From the NCBI GenBank assembly GCA_963779615.1, contig CAVZZA010000001.1, positions 576,001-640,000 on the forward strand: 64,000 bases of DNA, in the 5' to 3' direction. The DNA comes from an uncultured Nitrososphaeraceae archaeon. GTDB lineage: Archaea > Thermoproteota > Nitrososphaeria > Nitrososphaerales > Nitrososphaeraceae. Positions 41,382 to 51,981 of the stretch are shown piece after piece (the stretch's first letter is position 1; every line of letters begins with the position of its first letter). The notes under the pieces were generated by a model. That model was not told the DNA's origin, ran no database searches, and saw nothing but the letters and a program-made list of their open reading frames with translations. The translations under genes and the position numbers were made by a program.

Positions 41382-41624
41382 AAATAACAAACTAGACACA
41401 AAAAATAGGCGCAATCTAATACACATCAAATCCTGGGTAAGTCATAAACACTGGAACATAGTCAACTGGGACTCATATTCACGATAATAAAGGAGTAAAC
41501 GTTATTGGGGATGACATTGGCATTCTTACCATCACTCCTTTATTGTCTCTTTAATACTAATATCTATCGTTACTCAACGATAGATATTTTATTTTTTTTT
41601 CACTATATTTACGGATAAATGGAC

Positions 41625-41800
41625 ATACTATCCATTCTTAATATGAGAAAATATCATTGAGAGAACCATGCAGTACATCAAAGGCAGAACAAAATATTAT
41701 GATGATTAATACCCGGTAAAAAAATCTCAAACTAAATCAAATGCAAAATTGGCTAATCATATGTTTGATTCCACATCAAGGAATTAGAAACTTTTTAGCG
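41625..41800 (+). mobile_element. IS6 transposase 3' relic
   Basis: ENIIERTMQYIKGRTKYYDD matches EKSIVERTMQCVKDMTECFDD of the 61-kb IS. Confidence 0.7.
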
Positions 41801-41877
41801 TAAGGAAATCATTTACAAAATAACTAATAAAAAATGAGCAAAAGAATAGGAAGAAGAAGTTTTTCTTATCTGTTCTT

Positions 41878-43584
41878 CTAATTGTTCTGGTCGTTCTGGT
41901 CTTCCTGGTCGTTCTGGTCTTCCTGGTCTTCTGGTCCTTTCACGTGGATTTCTCCAACCATGGAAGGATGGTAGACACAATAGTATGGGAAAGTGCCGGG
42001 TATGTCAAACACCAAGCTATAGTGCTGGCCCGTCAGAATCGCATTTGAGTCAAACAGGCTTCCCTCATCCGTATCTTCACCCGTTCCCGAAGTTACGGTA
42101 TGGGAGGCTATGTCCCCATTAAACCATGTAACCGTTTGCCCAACATCAATTTCAATTGGGTCTGGAGAATAGGAATTGCTGCCATCAATCCCTACAATTA
42201 TTGCCTTTGTGGAATTGGCCGGCGGTGCCATATTTGAAACATCGGTGATATTAGAAGAGACCGGTTTTTTTACCTCCGCTTTGGCTTGTGACTTTGGCAG
42301 GATTTTATAGAGATCCCCGTGATAGCCCAAAACATAAAGGTACCCGTCTGGGCCAACCTTCATATCGGTAATCCCACCAAACCCCTGGCCAAATATTATT
42401 GGCTGGTTCTCAGGGGGCGTGTCAGCCTGGTTGTCGGACAATGCCTCAAAGTCACCCACATAGGTGTTGTTGGTGATTTCAATGTCCTCCCTATCGTCAC
42501 TCAGGGTGAATCTGTACAGATACCCGTTGTTGATGTCACCTGTGAACATGTTGTTTTCATACTCTTTGCCAAGCTTGTCCGAGTTCAGGAACTTAACCGC
42601 GGTGGGACCGACTGTTGTTTTCCAAACGAATTTTGGGTCACTGTACTCACTATTTCCCAAGGTAACAAGATCGCTGTCTGAAAACCCGGTCTGCAAAAGG
42701 TCATCGTCGGCATATCCCTGAATCAGGGACCAACCGCCATTAAACCCCGGTTTGATCAGGTTAACTTCATCCCCCGTGTCGGGACCGTTCTCTGTGTCCC
42801 ACAGGTTTCCTGTTACCGGGTCAAAATCCATGCCAAAACTGTTGCGGATTCCTATCCCATAATACAGGCTCAACGGCAAATCCTCACCAAAAATCGGATC
42901 CCCTGGCACAACCTTGCCATCCTGGGTCATTCTCAGCACTCCACCCACACCGTTGGCCTCAGGCCCTGTGGCATTGTTTTGGGTGATGGTCCTATGTCCA
43001 CCAACCTCGCCAACAATCACATACACATTGTTATCGGGCCCTATCACAACCTTACCACCATTGTGTTCCGCCCTGCCATTAACTGGAATTGCGGTTAAAT
43101 CCAAAAGAAGCACAGGGTTAAACAGCTGTCCATCCTTGTACTCATATCTGTACAGCCTGTTGCCCAATGGATCAATGTTGGTTGTTGCAGGGGAATCACT
43201 CCCATCCAGATTGTTTCCAGACTCGGTATAATACAGAAAAACATAGGTTTTGCCAGTATCGTTGTGCTTGGATACGGCCATGCCAAGCAATCCCCGCTCA
43301 ATCTGGTTAGCCACAGCAAGATCAAGCACAGGTATGTTTCTTTGAATGTCACCGTTAAATATCCTATAAACGATGCCAGTGTTTTTTTCTGTCACAAGAA
43401 TGTCATTGGGACCTACAAAAGCCATACTTGTTGGGGCCTTTAATCCTCCTGCTATTTTCACAACTGCGAGGTTTGGGTCATTGACCGAAGGGCCAGTGGG
43501 TAATGCTGGCGCTTTTACATAAGCACCAAATGAAAAATATACGGGTAAAACAACCGACATTGATAGTACACCAAAAAAGAACAT
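41878..43584 (-). CDS. PQQ-dependent sugar dehydrogenase (sGDH/YliI type) fused to a C-terminal plastocyanin domain
   Basis: PTSMAF, ERGLLG, HNGG, GIRNSFG..FDP.TG.LW.TENG, DEVN..GFNGGW; SHTV..YYCVYHPSM type-1 Cu site. Confidence 0.9.
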   Translation of the reverse strand: MFFFGVLSMSVVLPVYFSFGAYVKAPALPTGPSVNDPNLAVVKIAGGLKAPTSMAFVGPNDILVTEKNTGIVYRIFNGDIQRNIPVLDLAVANQIERGLLGMAVSKHNDTGKTYVFLYYTESGNNLDGSDSPATTNIDPLGNRLYRYEYKDGQLFNPVLLLDLTAIPVNGRAEHNGGKVVIGPDNNVYVIVGEVGGHRTITQNNATGPEANGVGGVLRMTQDGKVVPGDPIFGEDLPLSLYYGIGIRNSFGMDFDPVTGNLWDTENGPDTGDEVNLIKPGFNGGWSLIQGYADDDLLQTGFSDSDLVTLGNSEYSDPKFVWKTTVGPTAVKFLNSDKLGKEYENNMFTGDINNGYLYRFTLSDDREDIEITNNTYVGDFEALSDNQADTPPENQPIIFGQGFGGITDMKVGPDGYLYVLGYHGDLYKILPKSQAKAEVKKPVSSNITDVSNMAPPANSTKAIIVGIDGSNSYSPDPIEIDVGQTVTWFNGDIASHTVTSGTGEDTDEGSLFDSNAILTGQHYSLVFDIPGTFPYYCVYHPSMVGEIHVKGPEDQEDQNDQEDQNDQNN

Positions 43585-43694
43585 AACAAAGGTTAATGAA
43601 ATTTTTATATAGAACGCCTCTCAAAATACTAAAATAATATTCTATAACCTTTAATAAAATAAATAAAAAATTGGTACATGCCAGTTTTGTCTAA

Positions 43695-44468
43695 TTATTT
43701 GTAAGGCAGTGATTCAAGTATTGGGAAAAGCTTTGGGATTGCTTGGCCAATTGGTGCTGAGGTTGAGTAAATAATCAAAGAGTTAGGTCCATTGATATCT
43801 TTTTGCACCGTTTTATCAACGAAATCATATGATGAGAGAACATTAAACCCTGCTTTTGCAAAGTCTGACTTGTATTTTTCAAGCGATGGGGTGGGAACAA
43901 AGAGGCCTCCCACCACCAAATTCCCTGCGGATTTTACATTGTTGGATACTGTTATTGTGCCTTTCATGTCAGGGTATTTTTCATCTTTCACATCATATTT
44001 TCCTGCAGGCAATACCTTGGCGTCAGAACCACCAGGATGCTCCACAGGAGTTGTTTGCCATGCAACAGTGCCACTGCTTGAATCTGTTACTGTTCCTACA
44101 TGGACATGCCCAGGATCGCCATGAACATAGGCTATTGACGCGCCAGATGGAACCACAAGATTGCTTGGCACATAAGACGGGTTCTTTAAGCTGATTGTCT
44201 TTTGGTCAACTAGTGGATGATGGCCTTCATCAGGAATTGAAATGATGGCACCACTTACAGTTGATGGTAATGCCATTGTTCCTGTTTCATAGACTGATTG
44301 TGCAGACGGGATTCCACCACCATTATTATTATTGTTAGGACCATTGGTGTTTATTCCCTGTGCATTTACATTAGCGAAACCATTCGACACTATCAACAGG
44401 GCAACAGCCAAGATAGCAATAAACAAAGAAGGAATAATCGTTTTAATTTTCAAATTTATCACATCCAT
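43695..44468 (-). CDS. Secreted Cys-less cupredoxin-like protein (PDEGHH), copy B
   Basis: IPDEGHH, YVP, GDPGHVH, MKGTITV, LPYK; start placed at ATG 44468. Confidence 0.8.
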   Translation of the reverse strand: MDVINLKIKTIIPSLFIAILAVALLIVSNGFANVNAQGINTNGPNNNNNGGGIPSAQSVYETGTMALPSTVSGAIISIPDEGHHPLVDQKTISLKNPSYVPSNLVVPSGASIAYVHGDPGHVHVGTVTDSSSGTVAWQTTPVEHPGGSDAKVLPAGKYDVKDEKYPDMKGTITVSNNVKSAGNLVVGGLFVPTPSLEKYKSDFAKAGFNVLSSYDFVDKTVQKDINGPNSLIIYSTSAPIGQAIPKLFPILESLPYK

Positions 44469-45001
44469 GTCCCATTTTAACCTAAATTGACAGTGATGCA
44501 TTTCCGAATAAAAGGAGTAACATTAGCATATTTTGATAGTGTTTGCTCGTCATTGTTTTTATGCTTTTGAGTTTTTTTAATTTTTGGAATGTAGTCGTAG
44601 TGTTTGTTTTTGCATCCATAGATTTTTTATAATGGCTCGCATATTAAGTAATTTGGTACAAGTGACTAAACAACAGCAACAATTTATTGCAAACAATATA
44701 ATTTCATTTAGATGCTTGTACTATCATAAATCAGCATCAAACTGCATTCTTTATAGCAAACTGTTTGGTAATAAGGATTTATTATATTTAAGTAAAAATA
44801 TGAGAGAAATTTCCTTCGGTTCACGCAGCCAACATCCGAATTACAAATTTAATGACCTTTTATAGTACATTGAATGATAAAGTTTTAGTACACAAATTAA
44901 CCCTTCAATATTGGTGAACTAGGGCTATCTCTTTCCATAAAATTCTAATACGCGCAGAGATATTGAATACTGCATAGATTTTGTAGATTGGGGTTTGTTA
45001 T

Positions 45002-45562
45002 ATGAAGAACTTTGGCGACCAGGATGAAAATTCAAATAGAATATTGCTTCATATAAAAGAAAATCCAGGGTGTTACCTTCGTCAAATAAAAAATGACTTG
45101 CACCTGTCGATGGGATCCATACAATACCACTTAAATAAATTAGAAAACGGAGGAAGGATTACCTCCCAAAGAAGCGGTCTTCATAAACATTACTTTCCTA
45201 TCGGGGTTTTTAATGATAATGAAAAAGAAATAATGAGATTTTTAACTCTGGAAACCTCAAGGGAAATAATAATGTTTATAACAGAGCAAGGCAACCCTAC
45301 ACAGACTGACATTGTAAAAAAAATTGATATCTCGTCATCTTCCATAAATTGGCATTTACAAAGAATGTTAAATTCAAAGTTAATTGAAGAGATAAAAGAC
45401 GGAAAATTCAAACGATATGTCTTGAACTCTGAAGTAAGTTCAACGTATATTGGTAAACTACTAAAAAATTATTACCCCAGTATTTGGGACAAATGGAGCA
45501 CCAGGTTGGCTGAAATGTTTTTAAACATCTCCTCTATTGATGATACAAAAGAGAAATATTAA
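45002..45562 (+). CDS. Tandem winged-HTH regulator
   Basis: IKENPGC.LRQI..L.LS.GSIQYHL..LE and a second HTH ISSSSINWHL. Confidence 0.85.
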   Translation: MKNFGDQDENSNRILLHIKENPGCYLRQIKNDLHLSMGSIQYHLNKLENGGRITSQRSGLHKHYFPIGVFNDNEKEIMRFLTLETSREIIMFITEQGNPTQTDIVKKIDISSSSINWHLQRMLNSKLIEEIKDGKFKRYVLNSEVSSTYIGKLLKNYYPSIWDKWSTRLAEMFLNISSIDDTKEKY

Positions 45563-45922
45563 ATGATGTTTTATTATTTATCACAAATGTTATTTATTGG
45601 ATTTTCTCAACTAAACCTCTTATCCATCTTTTCGATAGAAATTGAACCAATTGGGGTAACACAAAAATTAATTTATGTTCTCATTGGAATATTTTCTATA
45701 TTGCTGCTGCTGCTGTCTATTTCATCCTACAAAAAAACAGGCTTGAGAAGCATTTTGTATGCAGCAGGTGCGTTTGGATTGTTCTCCATTAGCATATTCA
45801 TAGAAGCGATAGAGGAGAATTTCAATATCTTGGGCTCCATTTTACTCGATTTTCTTGGTGCCTTAATAACTCTTGTAATTTTGATTCTTTTCTTTTTAGC
45901 TATTGTAAAAAAGAACAAATGA
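45563..45922 (+). CDS. Small 3-TM membrane protein adjacent to an HTH gene
   Basis: SYKKTG..ILYAA.AF resembles AFKKTK..MLYL.GF of 38441. Confidence 0.75.
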   Translation: MMFYYLSQMLFIGFSQLNLLSIFSIEIEPIGVTQKLIYVLIGIFSILLLLLSISSYKKTGLRSILYAAGAFGLFSISIFIEAIEENFNILGSILLDFLGALITLVILILFFLAIVKKNK

Positions 45923-46391
45923 TTTTGTTATTTTTTTGGTTATGTGTTACGCAATTAATATACTGGTTAGATGGTATGGATGGAAATTCAGTAAGGCTGT
46001 GAAGTATATTTTTTAAATATGGGGGGATTTCTATTTTCTTTGCATTAGTGGCTGCTTTCTATTTCTTTGAGTTCTTTTTGATAACATGTACAACATCCAT
46101 GGAGAAAATACATGGTTAAAATGGGGGCTTACCATTGTAAAAATTATCCCGTTTATTTTTTGCTGAATCCAGTGCAAAATATGCCGGAAAAAAAATAATT
46201 TAGTAAAAGAAGGATAATCCAAAATGATTGGGTCATACCAAATGTTATCCAATCTTTTTGATTTTAAATTAGCTAATGCCTAAGTGAGTGGTGTTTTTTT
46301 AATTTCAACCGGAATTGCTTGTTTTTCTCTTCTTCGTTTTTGTTTCAAAATGTTGTGCGATTTTACACATTATTTTTTATTTGTTTGTTCT

Positions 46392-46697
46392 TTATTCCGA
46401 TTTACTGTCGCCCCCACCCTTAGGAATAACGCTGCTACCGCTTGATCCTGTGCTTGCGGATGAGCTATAAGCTTTGCCATTACACTGTTTAATTTCTTGT
46501 TCTGTCGCATAACCTTTTGTCCCCTCTCCCTTAGCAAGGCACATTTGAAAATCTTTATAGTTAGCCTTGGCGGCGCTAGTGCTTGCCTTATCCGTGCTAG
46601 TTCTCGCTGATAAAGGGTTCACAAGAGCACTTGAGGAAACAAATATGGCTATTATGAAAATTATGCCAGCGACCGATACTGTTTCTTTTGGAGCCAT
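46392..46697 (-). CDS. Small secreted protein with a Cys pair
   Basis: Signal peptide; FQMCL...EIKQC. Confidence 0.65.
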   Translation of the reverse strand: MAPKETVSVAGIIFIIAIFVSSSALVNPLSARTSTDKASTSAAKANYKDFQMCLAKGEGTKGYATEQEIKQCNGKAYSSSASTGSSGSSVIPKGGGDSKSE

Positions 46698-47355
46698 CAG
46701 AAAGAATATAAATAATTGCCTAATAAGTAATCTGATACAAGTGACTAATTATTGGTAAAATTTTATTGCCATTAATCAGTTTTCATTTAGGTGATTGTAC
46801 TATTGCCAATAGGTGTATGTTAAATGTATTGTTGCTATTTGTTATAATTATTTTAAACATTAAACCAAAAATACTTCAACAGTTTATAGTGAATGTGTTA
46901 ATTTACTTGAGTGGTAACAACGGGAGGCTGCAACCTCGGTGAACATGAAAGATAATATGCAAAGGCAAAGGCATCCAAACATTTCGCCAACATGAACAAT
47001 TTGGCGCTGTTCTTCAACTGACAATGCTTAATTATCCGTGTAGTATATTTGTTCGTTTGGTATGCATCTAAAACAATGCGTGAATTGGTTTGATAAAACA
47101 ATACAGTCTTTTGGAAAATCCCAAGCCCTTTATATAAACACAATTCATGGTCATTGTGTTCCAAAGATGTTCTTTTACGGGTTCATGATGGATAGACCGT
47201 CTTCATCTATATCTTTTTTTGCAAAGTTGGCAGCCCCAACTTTTCTGATAATACAAGTATACAAATGAAACGAAATTATTTAGCAAAAAATTTTTGCTGT
47301 TGTTTAGTCACTTGTATCAGATTACTTAATTATGTGGAGGGGCTAAAAATTTAGT

Positions 47356-47586
47356 ATGCCTCTACAAACGGTTAAGGAAACAGATGAGGAAAAATTAGAA
47401 ACACTAAAGTATAATTTGGAATGGCTTTATAAAAACTATGAATACTTTGAAAAATATCACAAGAATCAATTTGTTGCAATTAAGGACAAAAGCTTTTTGG
47501 ATAAAGACTCTGAACTTGAGAGACTGGTAAAAAGGCTAAAGATAAAAAATCTCGATGACTCAATTGCAATAGAGTTTATCTACTGA
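47356..47586 (+). CDS. Small DUF5678-like protein
   Basis: WL..NY...Y.NQFVAIKD pattern. Confidence 0.55.
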   Translation: MPLQTVKETDEEKLETLKYNLEWLYKNYEYFEKYHKNQFVAIKDKSFLDKDSELERLVKRLKIKNLDDSIAIEFIY

Positions 47587-47892
47587 ATAAAATAAACTCG
47601 CTTACAGAACTTATCTTTCAGATCAATTGATCGCGCTTAAATTGAAATCAAACACCAATAAAATATATGAAGTTATGTTATATGGTATCTTCTTTTGATA
47701 TAAAAGAAAGGTATTCTTCATCCTTATTAGGATAAACAATATTTTTGAATCAATATCCTCTTTGCTATCATATTCTGATATTGGCCTTGTATGATAAATT
47801 TTTGTTGACTCATACCTTTAGAATAACCTAGTCAACAAAGCATAGCAGATCAAATGAGAATGATTTCACATACCCTTAGCATTGGCAATCAT

Positions 47893-48558
47893 GGCTCTGT
47901 TCACTTAACGATAAACCTATAGATAGAAGATTCCCTATTACTGTTGTGATTACCAGAAACAGGACACCTTCAAAGCATGCGTGCTATGGTCTGTATCTAT
48001 ACTTTTCAGGCCTGTCGCTGAGGAGAACGTCTGAAGGATTATGCTATTTTTTCAAGAGAAACCATGTCTCAGTCTAGAACCGGATACAAAAACACAAGTC
48101 TCAAAGGATATCCCACAGCAGAAGAAAGGTTGCAGAGCATGTTGCTGATGAGACCCTAGTCAAAGTTGGCGCAGAATGCATTTGGCTATGGGATGCGATA
48201 GGGCCAAAAGACAGGGAAATTCTCGCACTAACCATATCCAAAGAAAGAAACGTGTTTGTTGCGGCGCGATTCATTCCAGGTTTAGCTCATATTTATGGAG
48301 GGCGCTCGGTATCAACAGGTGGAGGAACCTGGTACCCACAGGCGTGCAGATTCCTCAGAATAAAGCACCATATCCATTCCCCATTGGAGAAAAGCCCGAT
48401 GGAAAGAGCAATGCAGTGCATCGAGGACAGAACCGAAAGTTTCGATGATTATTTTCCATGAGGAAAAATGGGTGTAAACTAAGGCATGTAAAGAATTGGA
48501 TGCGTTTTTTTGTAGACCACCACAATAATGAGTCATAATCAGTTAAATAAACAGAGCC
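47893..48558 (+). mobile_element. IS6-family insertion sequence with degraded transposase
   Basis: TIRs GGCTCTGTT(C/T)A(C/T)TTAAC; TSD GCAATCAT/ACAATCAT (7/8); WYPQACRFL..HHIHSPLEKS..ER..DYFP fragments. Confidence 0.9.
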
Positions 48559-48632
48559 ACAATCATATATTGTATGTTTTATATCTATAGTGACTTTCAA
48601 AAATAGTCTAAACTGATAGTAAATTGTGAAAT

Positions 48633-49139
48633 TTAAAAAGGATTTTTAAATAAATTCGCCAAGAAATTATCATTAGGTGATGGTGGTTGTTTAGTCTGTA
48701 GGAATGCTATGTTAAAATAACTTACAGCAAAAGCGGATTCGTTTCTATACAGTTGCATTATGATTTTGTACTCACCATAATCAGGAAACATGTATTCTAC
48801 AGAAATTTTGCCATTTGATACGGGCATGTATTGATTATTAAACTTAAACAACCTGCCAGAGTTATCAGTTATGGTAACTCTTGAATTAAGGTCTTCAATG
48901 AATTTGGAATCATTCAGTTTTCTTATTTCAAATGAAATTTTGGTTTTTTCATCAATGATTGGAATCTTTGGCATGATCTTCATTGTGATGTTCAAATTGT
49001 CCCGTTTGCTTATCCAAGTGCTATTGCCAATAACATTGGTAACCTCCTTTTGTGAAAAAACTGGAAATGGGTATTTAATAAGGTTAATTATTAGAAAAAA
49101 TAAAGCAATTGTTATTATTATCTTAAAGTGTTTCTGCAT
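48633..49139 (-). CDS. Secreted Ig-like (YtkA-like) hypothetical protein
   Basis: Signal peptide; P..PII, YMFPDYGEYKII. Confidence 0.65.
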   Translation of the reverse strand: MQKHFKIIITIALFFLIINLIKYPFPVFSQKEVTNVIGNSTWISKRDNLNITMKIMPKIPIIDEKTKISFEIRKLNDSKFIEDLNSRVTITDNSGRLFKFNNQYMPVSNGKISVEYMFPDYGEYKIIMQLYRNESAFAVSYFNIAFLQTKQPPSPNDNFLANLFKNPF

Positions 49140-49689
49140 CTAAATAATTCAACATATCCAAAATATATATTGATATTGATAACACATTGCAAAAAATTAA
49201 AAAATTTCTAAACCATTTGATAACCAAAAGTTAAAACGCGTAGGTAATTAAATAGGTGACTTGTAAACAGGAATTCATGTGTATTAGTATTAGTGGCATA
49301 ACAACTAGGTGATATTACAAAAATAACAAAAGCAAACACGAAAAGTAATTAAGTGCGAACAACCATGCCTATGCCAATAACCCATCAATTGGTTTAAAGG
49401 ATGGGGGTGGATTAAAATGGAGAATAGAGGTTGATGGTAACGAATTGGCAATAATGATAAACTGTGGAAAAGTCGTTAATTAAATAATATGTCATATACG
49501 ATAATCTTTTCTTCCGTCAAAACGCTTTGTATATTGGATTTAGTTTGACTATGCATAGTCAACAATTGGTAAAATCCGAATTTTTGTAAACCGTGAAAGC
49601 GGTTATAAAAAAAGACGATTGATATAATTTTTTCTATTGGATTATGTGCTACCAATGATAATACACAGACTATCGGCAATAATGTTAAC

Positions 49690-50378
49690 TGTAACTACTG
49701 CATATTGATGCTAAGACAATACATCAACAAAAGTCAGTCGTATTGGGTACTGACACACGCCATTTTGTAGTTTTACTGACCAATGAAGGCCATGTGTCCA
49801 TCAACCAACCAACCAACCAACCAACCAATATCCGCTTGCCGACCAAGACTGCATCCCACAAGATATCGAAGTTGATAGAGGGACATCGGTGGCCTGGCTT
49901 AGTGGAGATGCTGACCGTGACCGTACGGTCAGGTTCCACACACCCAATCCTGAAACCTTCGGGCCACCAATGAGTTTCCATATCTAGGTTACATCACTGT
50001 ACCCTTTAACCTACCATGGAAATACTCATATTTTGAGGACAAAGTAAACAATCACGAAACATCTTTTGTGATGAGGGGAACTGTTACCGTAGTGGATTCA
50101 AACCAAAAAACTACAGTTAGCAGTAGCATAGGCATACAGCCTCTAAATACCTCAGGAATCTTAATGGTGTCCTCAAAAGACCTTCAAGCCCATATTGCTA
50201 CGTTAAAAAATAATGGGATTACAATACCAAGCGACTGCGCATTTACAGATTTAAGAGGCGGATAAAAGGGAACAGGGAAAACACAGGCAATATTTTTGTG
50301 GGGTCCTGAAAAAAATAACGTTGACCAAGTCCTATTGCCAATGATAGTTGGTGCAAAAGGTTTGCCCATATTTAAATA
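49690..50378 (+). pseudogene. Frameshifted fourth copy (D) of the Cys-less cupredoxin family
   Basis: IDAKTIHQQKSVVLG..FVVLLTNEGH, GTSVAWLSGDAD, MRGTVTVV, GILMV, FTDLRGG*KGTG, GLP; (AACC)n run at about 49803-49829. Confidence 0.85.
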
Positions 50379-50457
50379 AATAGTACTTTTTTTAATTACA
50401 TATTTTTATTGTAGTTAATGGATTGGATTAAATGTAAATATTTCACATCATAAAAAA

Positions 50458-51165
50458 ATGATAATGAAATCGATTGTAAGTATATTGTTATTTTTGTTGG
50501 TATTTGCGGGCCTACAGCCGCATGGTTTGCTGTCTGCATTTAACTGTTTTTTTCCTATAGTTTACGCTCACATTTTTATTTCTAAAGATGACAACTCTTC
50601 ATTTCTAACATTGCTTGAAAGAATAAGGATTGAAGCTTTATTGGTGAACAATACGATATTTACAAACACTACTGCTGCACAGCAGCATATATTTCAGTTG
50701 CTTGATCGTATAGATGATATTGGCGACAGTGAAAATGAATTCAATATTAAAAGCATTCAATTTAAAAATTCCACAGTTGATGCATTGTTGTTGGCAAACC
50801 TTGTGGATGGAGTATTAACAAATTATGGTGGTTCATATGGAATGTTGCCCAATATTATGATAAATATGTCATACATTGCTCCTGATTTATACAATAAAAC
50901 AACTAAAAGCTCATCTATGATGGATATGGGTAAGTATCAGACATCAAAGGAGTATGTTAAAAGAGCGAATGACCTATTTAACATTTCATTAAGAACCTTT
51001 GAAAACAAAGATAACGAATACGCCATGAATAAACTTGGCGAAGGTTTAGCAGATTTAAAAGATTATATATATAATAAAGCTGCCCCGATAAAAGTTATGG
51101 AAATTGTACATATGCAAATACATCCCAATTTGCAAACAGCATTTAATTTAAAACTAAAACAATGA
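50458..51165 (+). CDS. Secreted helical-bundle protein with His motif
   Basis: Signal ending VYA-H; LANLVD..L.NYG, YQTS, VMEIVHMQIHPNL. Confidence 0.75.
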   Translation: MIMKSIVSILLFLLVFAGLQPHGLLSAFNCFFPIVYAHIFISKDDNSSFLTLLERIRIEALLVNNTIFTNTTAAQQHIFQLLDRIDDIGDSENEFNIKSIQFKNSTVDALLLANLVDGVLTNYGGSYGMLPNIMINMSYIAPDLYNKTTKSSSMMDMGKYQTSKEYVKRANDLFNISLRTFENKDNEYAMNKLGEGLADLKDYIYNKAAPIKVMEIVHMQIHPNLQTAFNLKLKQ

Positions 51166-51981
51166 AATTAGTTTTTGTGCTGTGTTGCATTACCTCATCT
51201 GTATATCTTGGAATTAAACCATTAATCATTTGTGGCATATTAGCCTAGCCTTCTTATTACAGATCCCTTGTAGATGGGCAAAATCCTTTTCTTCTTCTTT
51301 TATTGTCCATTCTATGTCCTGCCTATTAGGTAGGAGAAACCTTTCCAATCTTTTTTGATACTTTTCTCGGGTTATCGTAGACTTTGCAAATAAATACAGC
51401 GGCCAGACATTAAGATCGGTGTTATCATTATGTTTTTTTTATTACCATTTTTCTCTACACATTGTTTTCGTAGAAACCACTTAAGGAACCGGTGTGGTAG
51501 CGGGCCTGGTGGGAAGTGATTCAAAATTGAAAAGCACAAAATATTCATGATGTTAGGAGACCGAATGACATTAGGGATAACTTTCATTTTTATCACCATT
51601 CACTCTTTTATTGTCTCTTTAGCAATCTTGTAATTGACTTTTTGGTTCAGGTACAATTCATACAAATCGTTCACTCTTACTTTTGCGTATTTGCTAGTTT
51701 TGATTAGTGGTACTTTTATGATTAAAGGGATCTTTAGCAGTATTTATGTTTTTGAACGCTACTGGAAAGATTAGATATATGGATAAAATGAAAAGTTGGT
51801 TCAACTTAAAACAGTCTTAGATATTTAATTAGTTCGTATCAACTCATAATAGTCGGATAGTTTGCCAATGCCTGAACATTGACATAGATGCTTTACAGAT
51901 CCATAAGATATTTGATTAATCAACTTTCACATAAAAGAAAGACCTTTCTATTACCTCTACTTTGTGTATAGAAGATTATCT

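Noticed and set aside
46880-47270. Possible transposase relic
   Set aside because: Only vague similarity; no catalytic motif or ends
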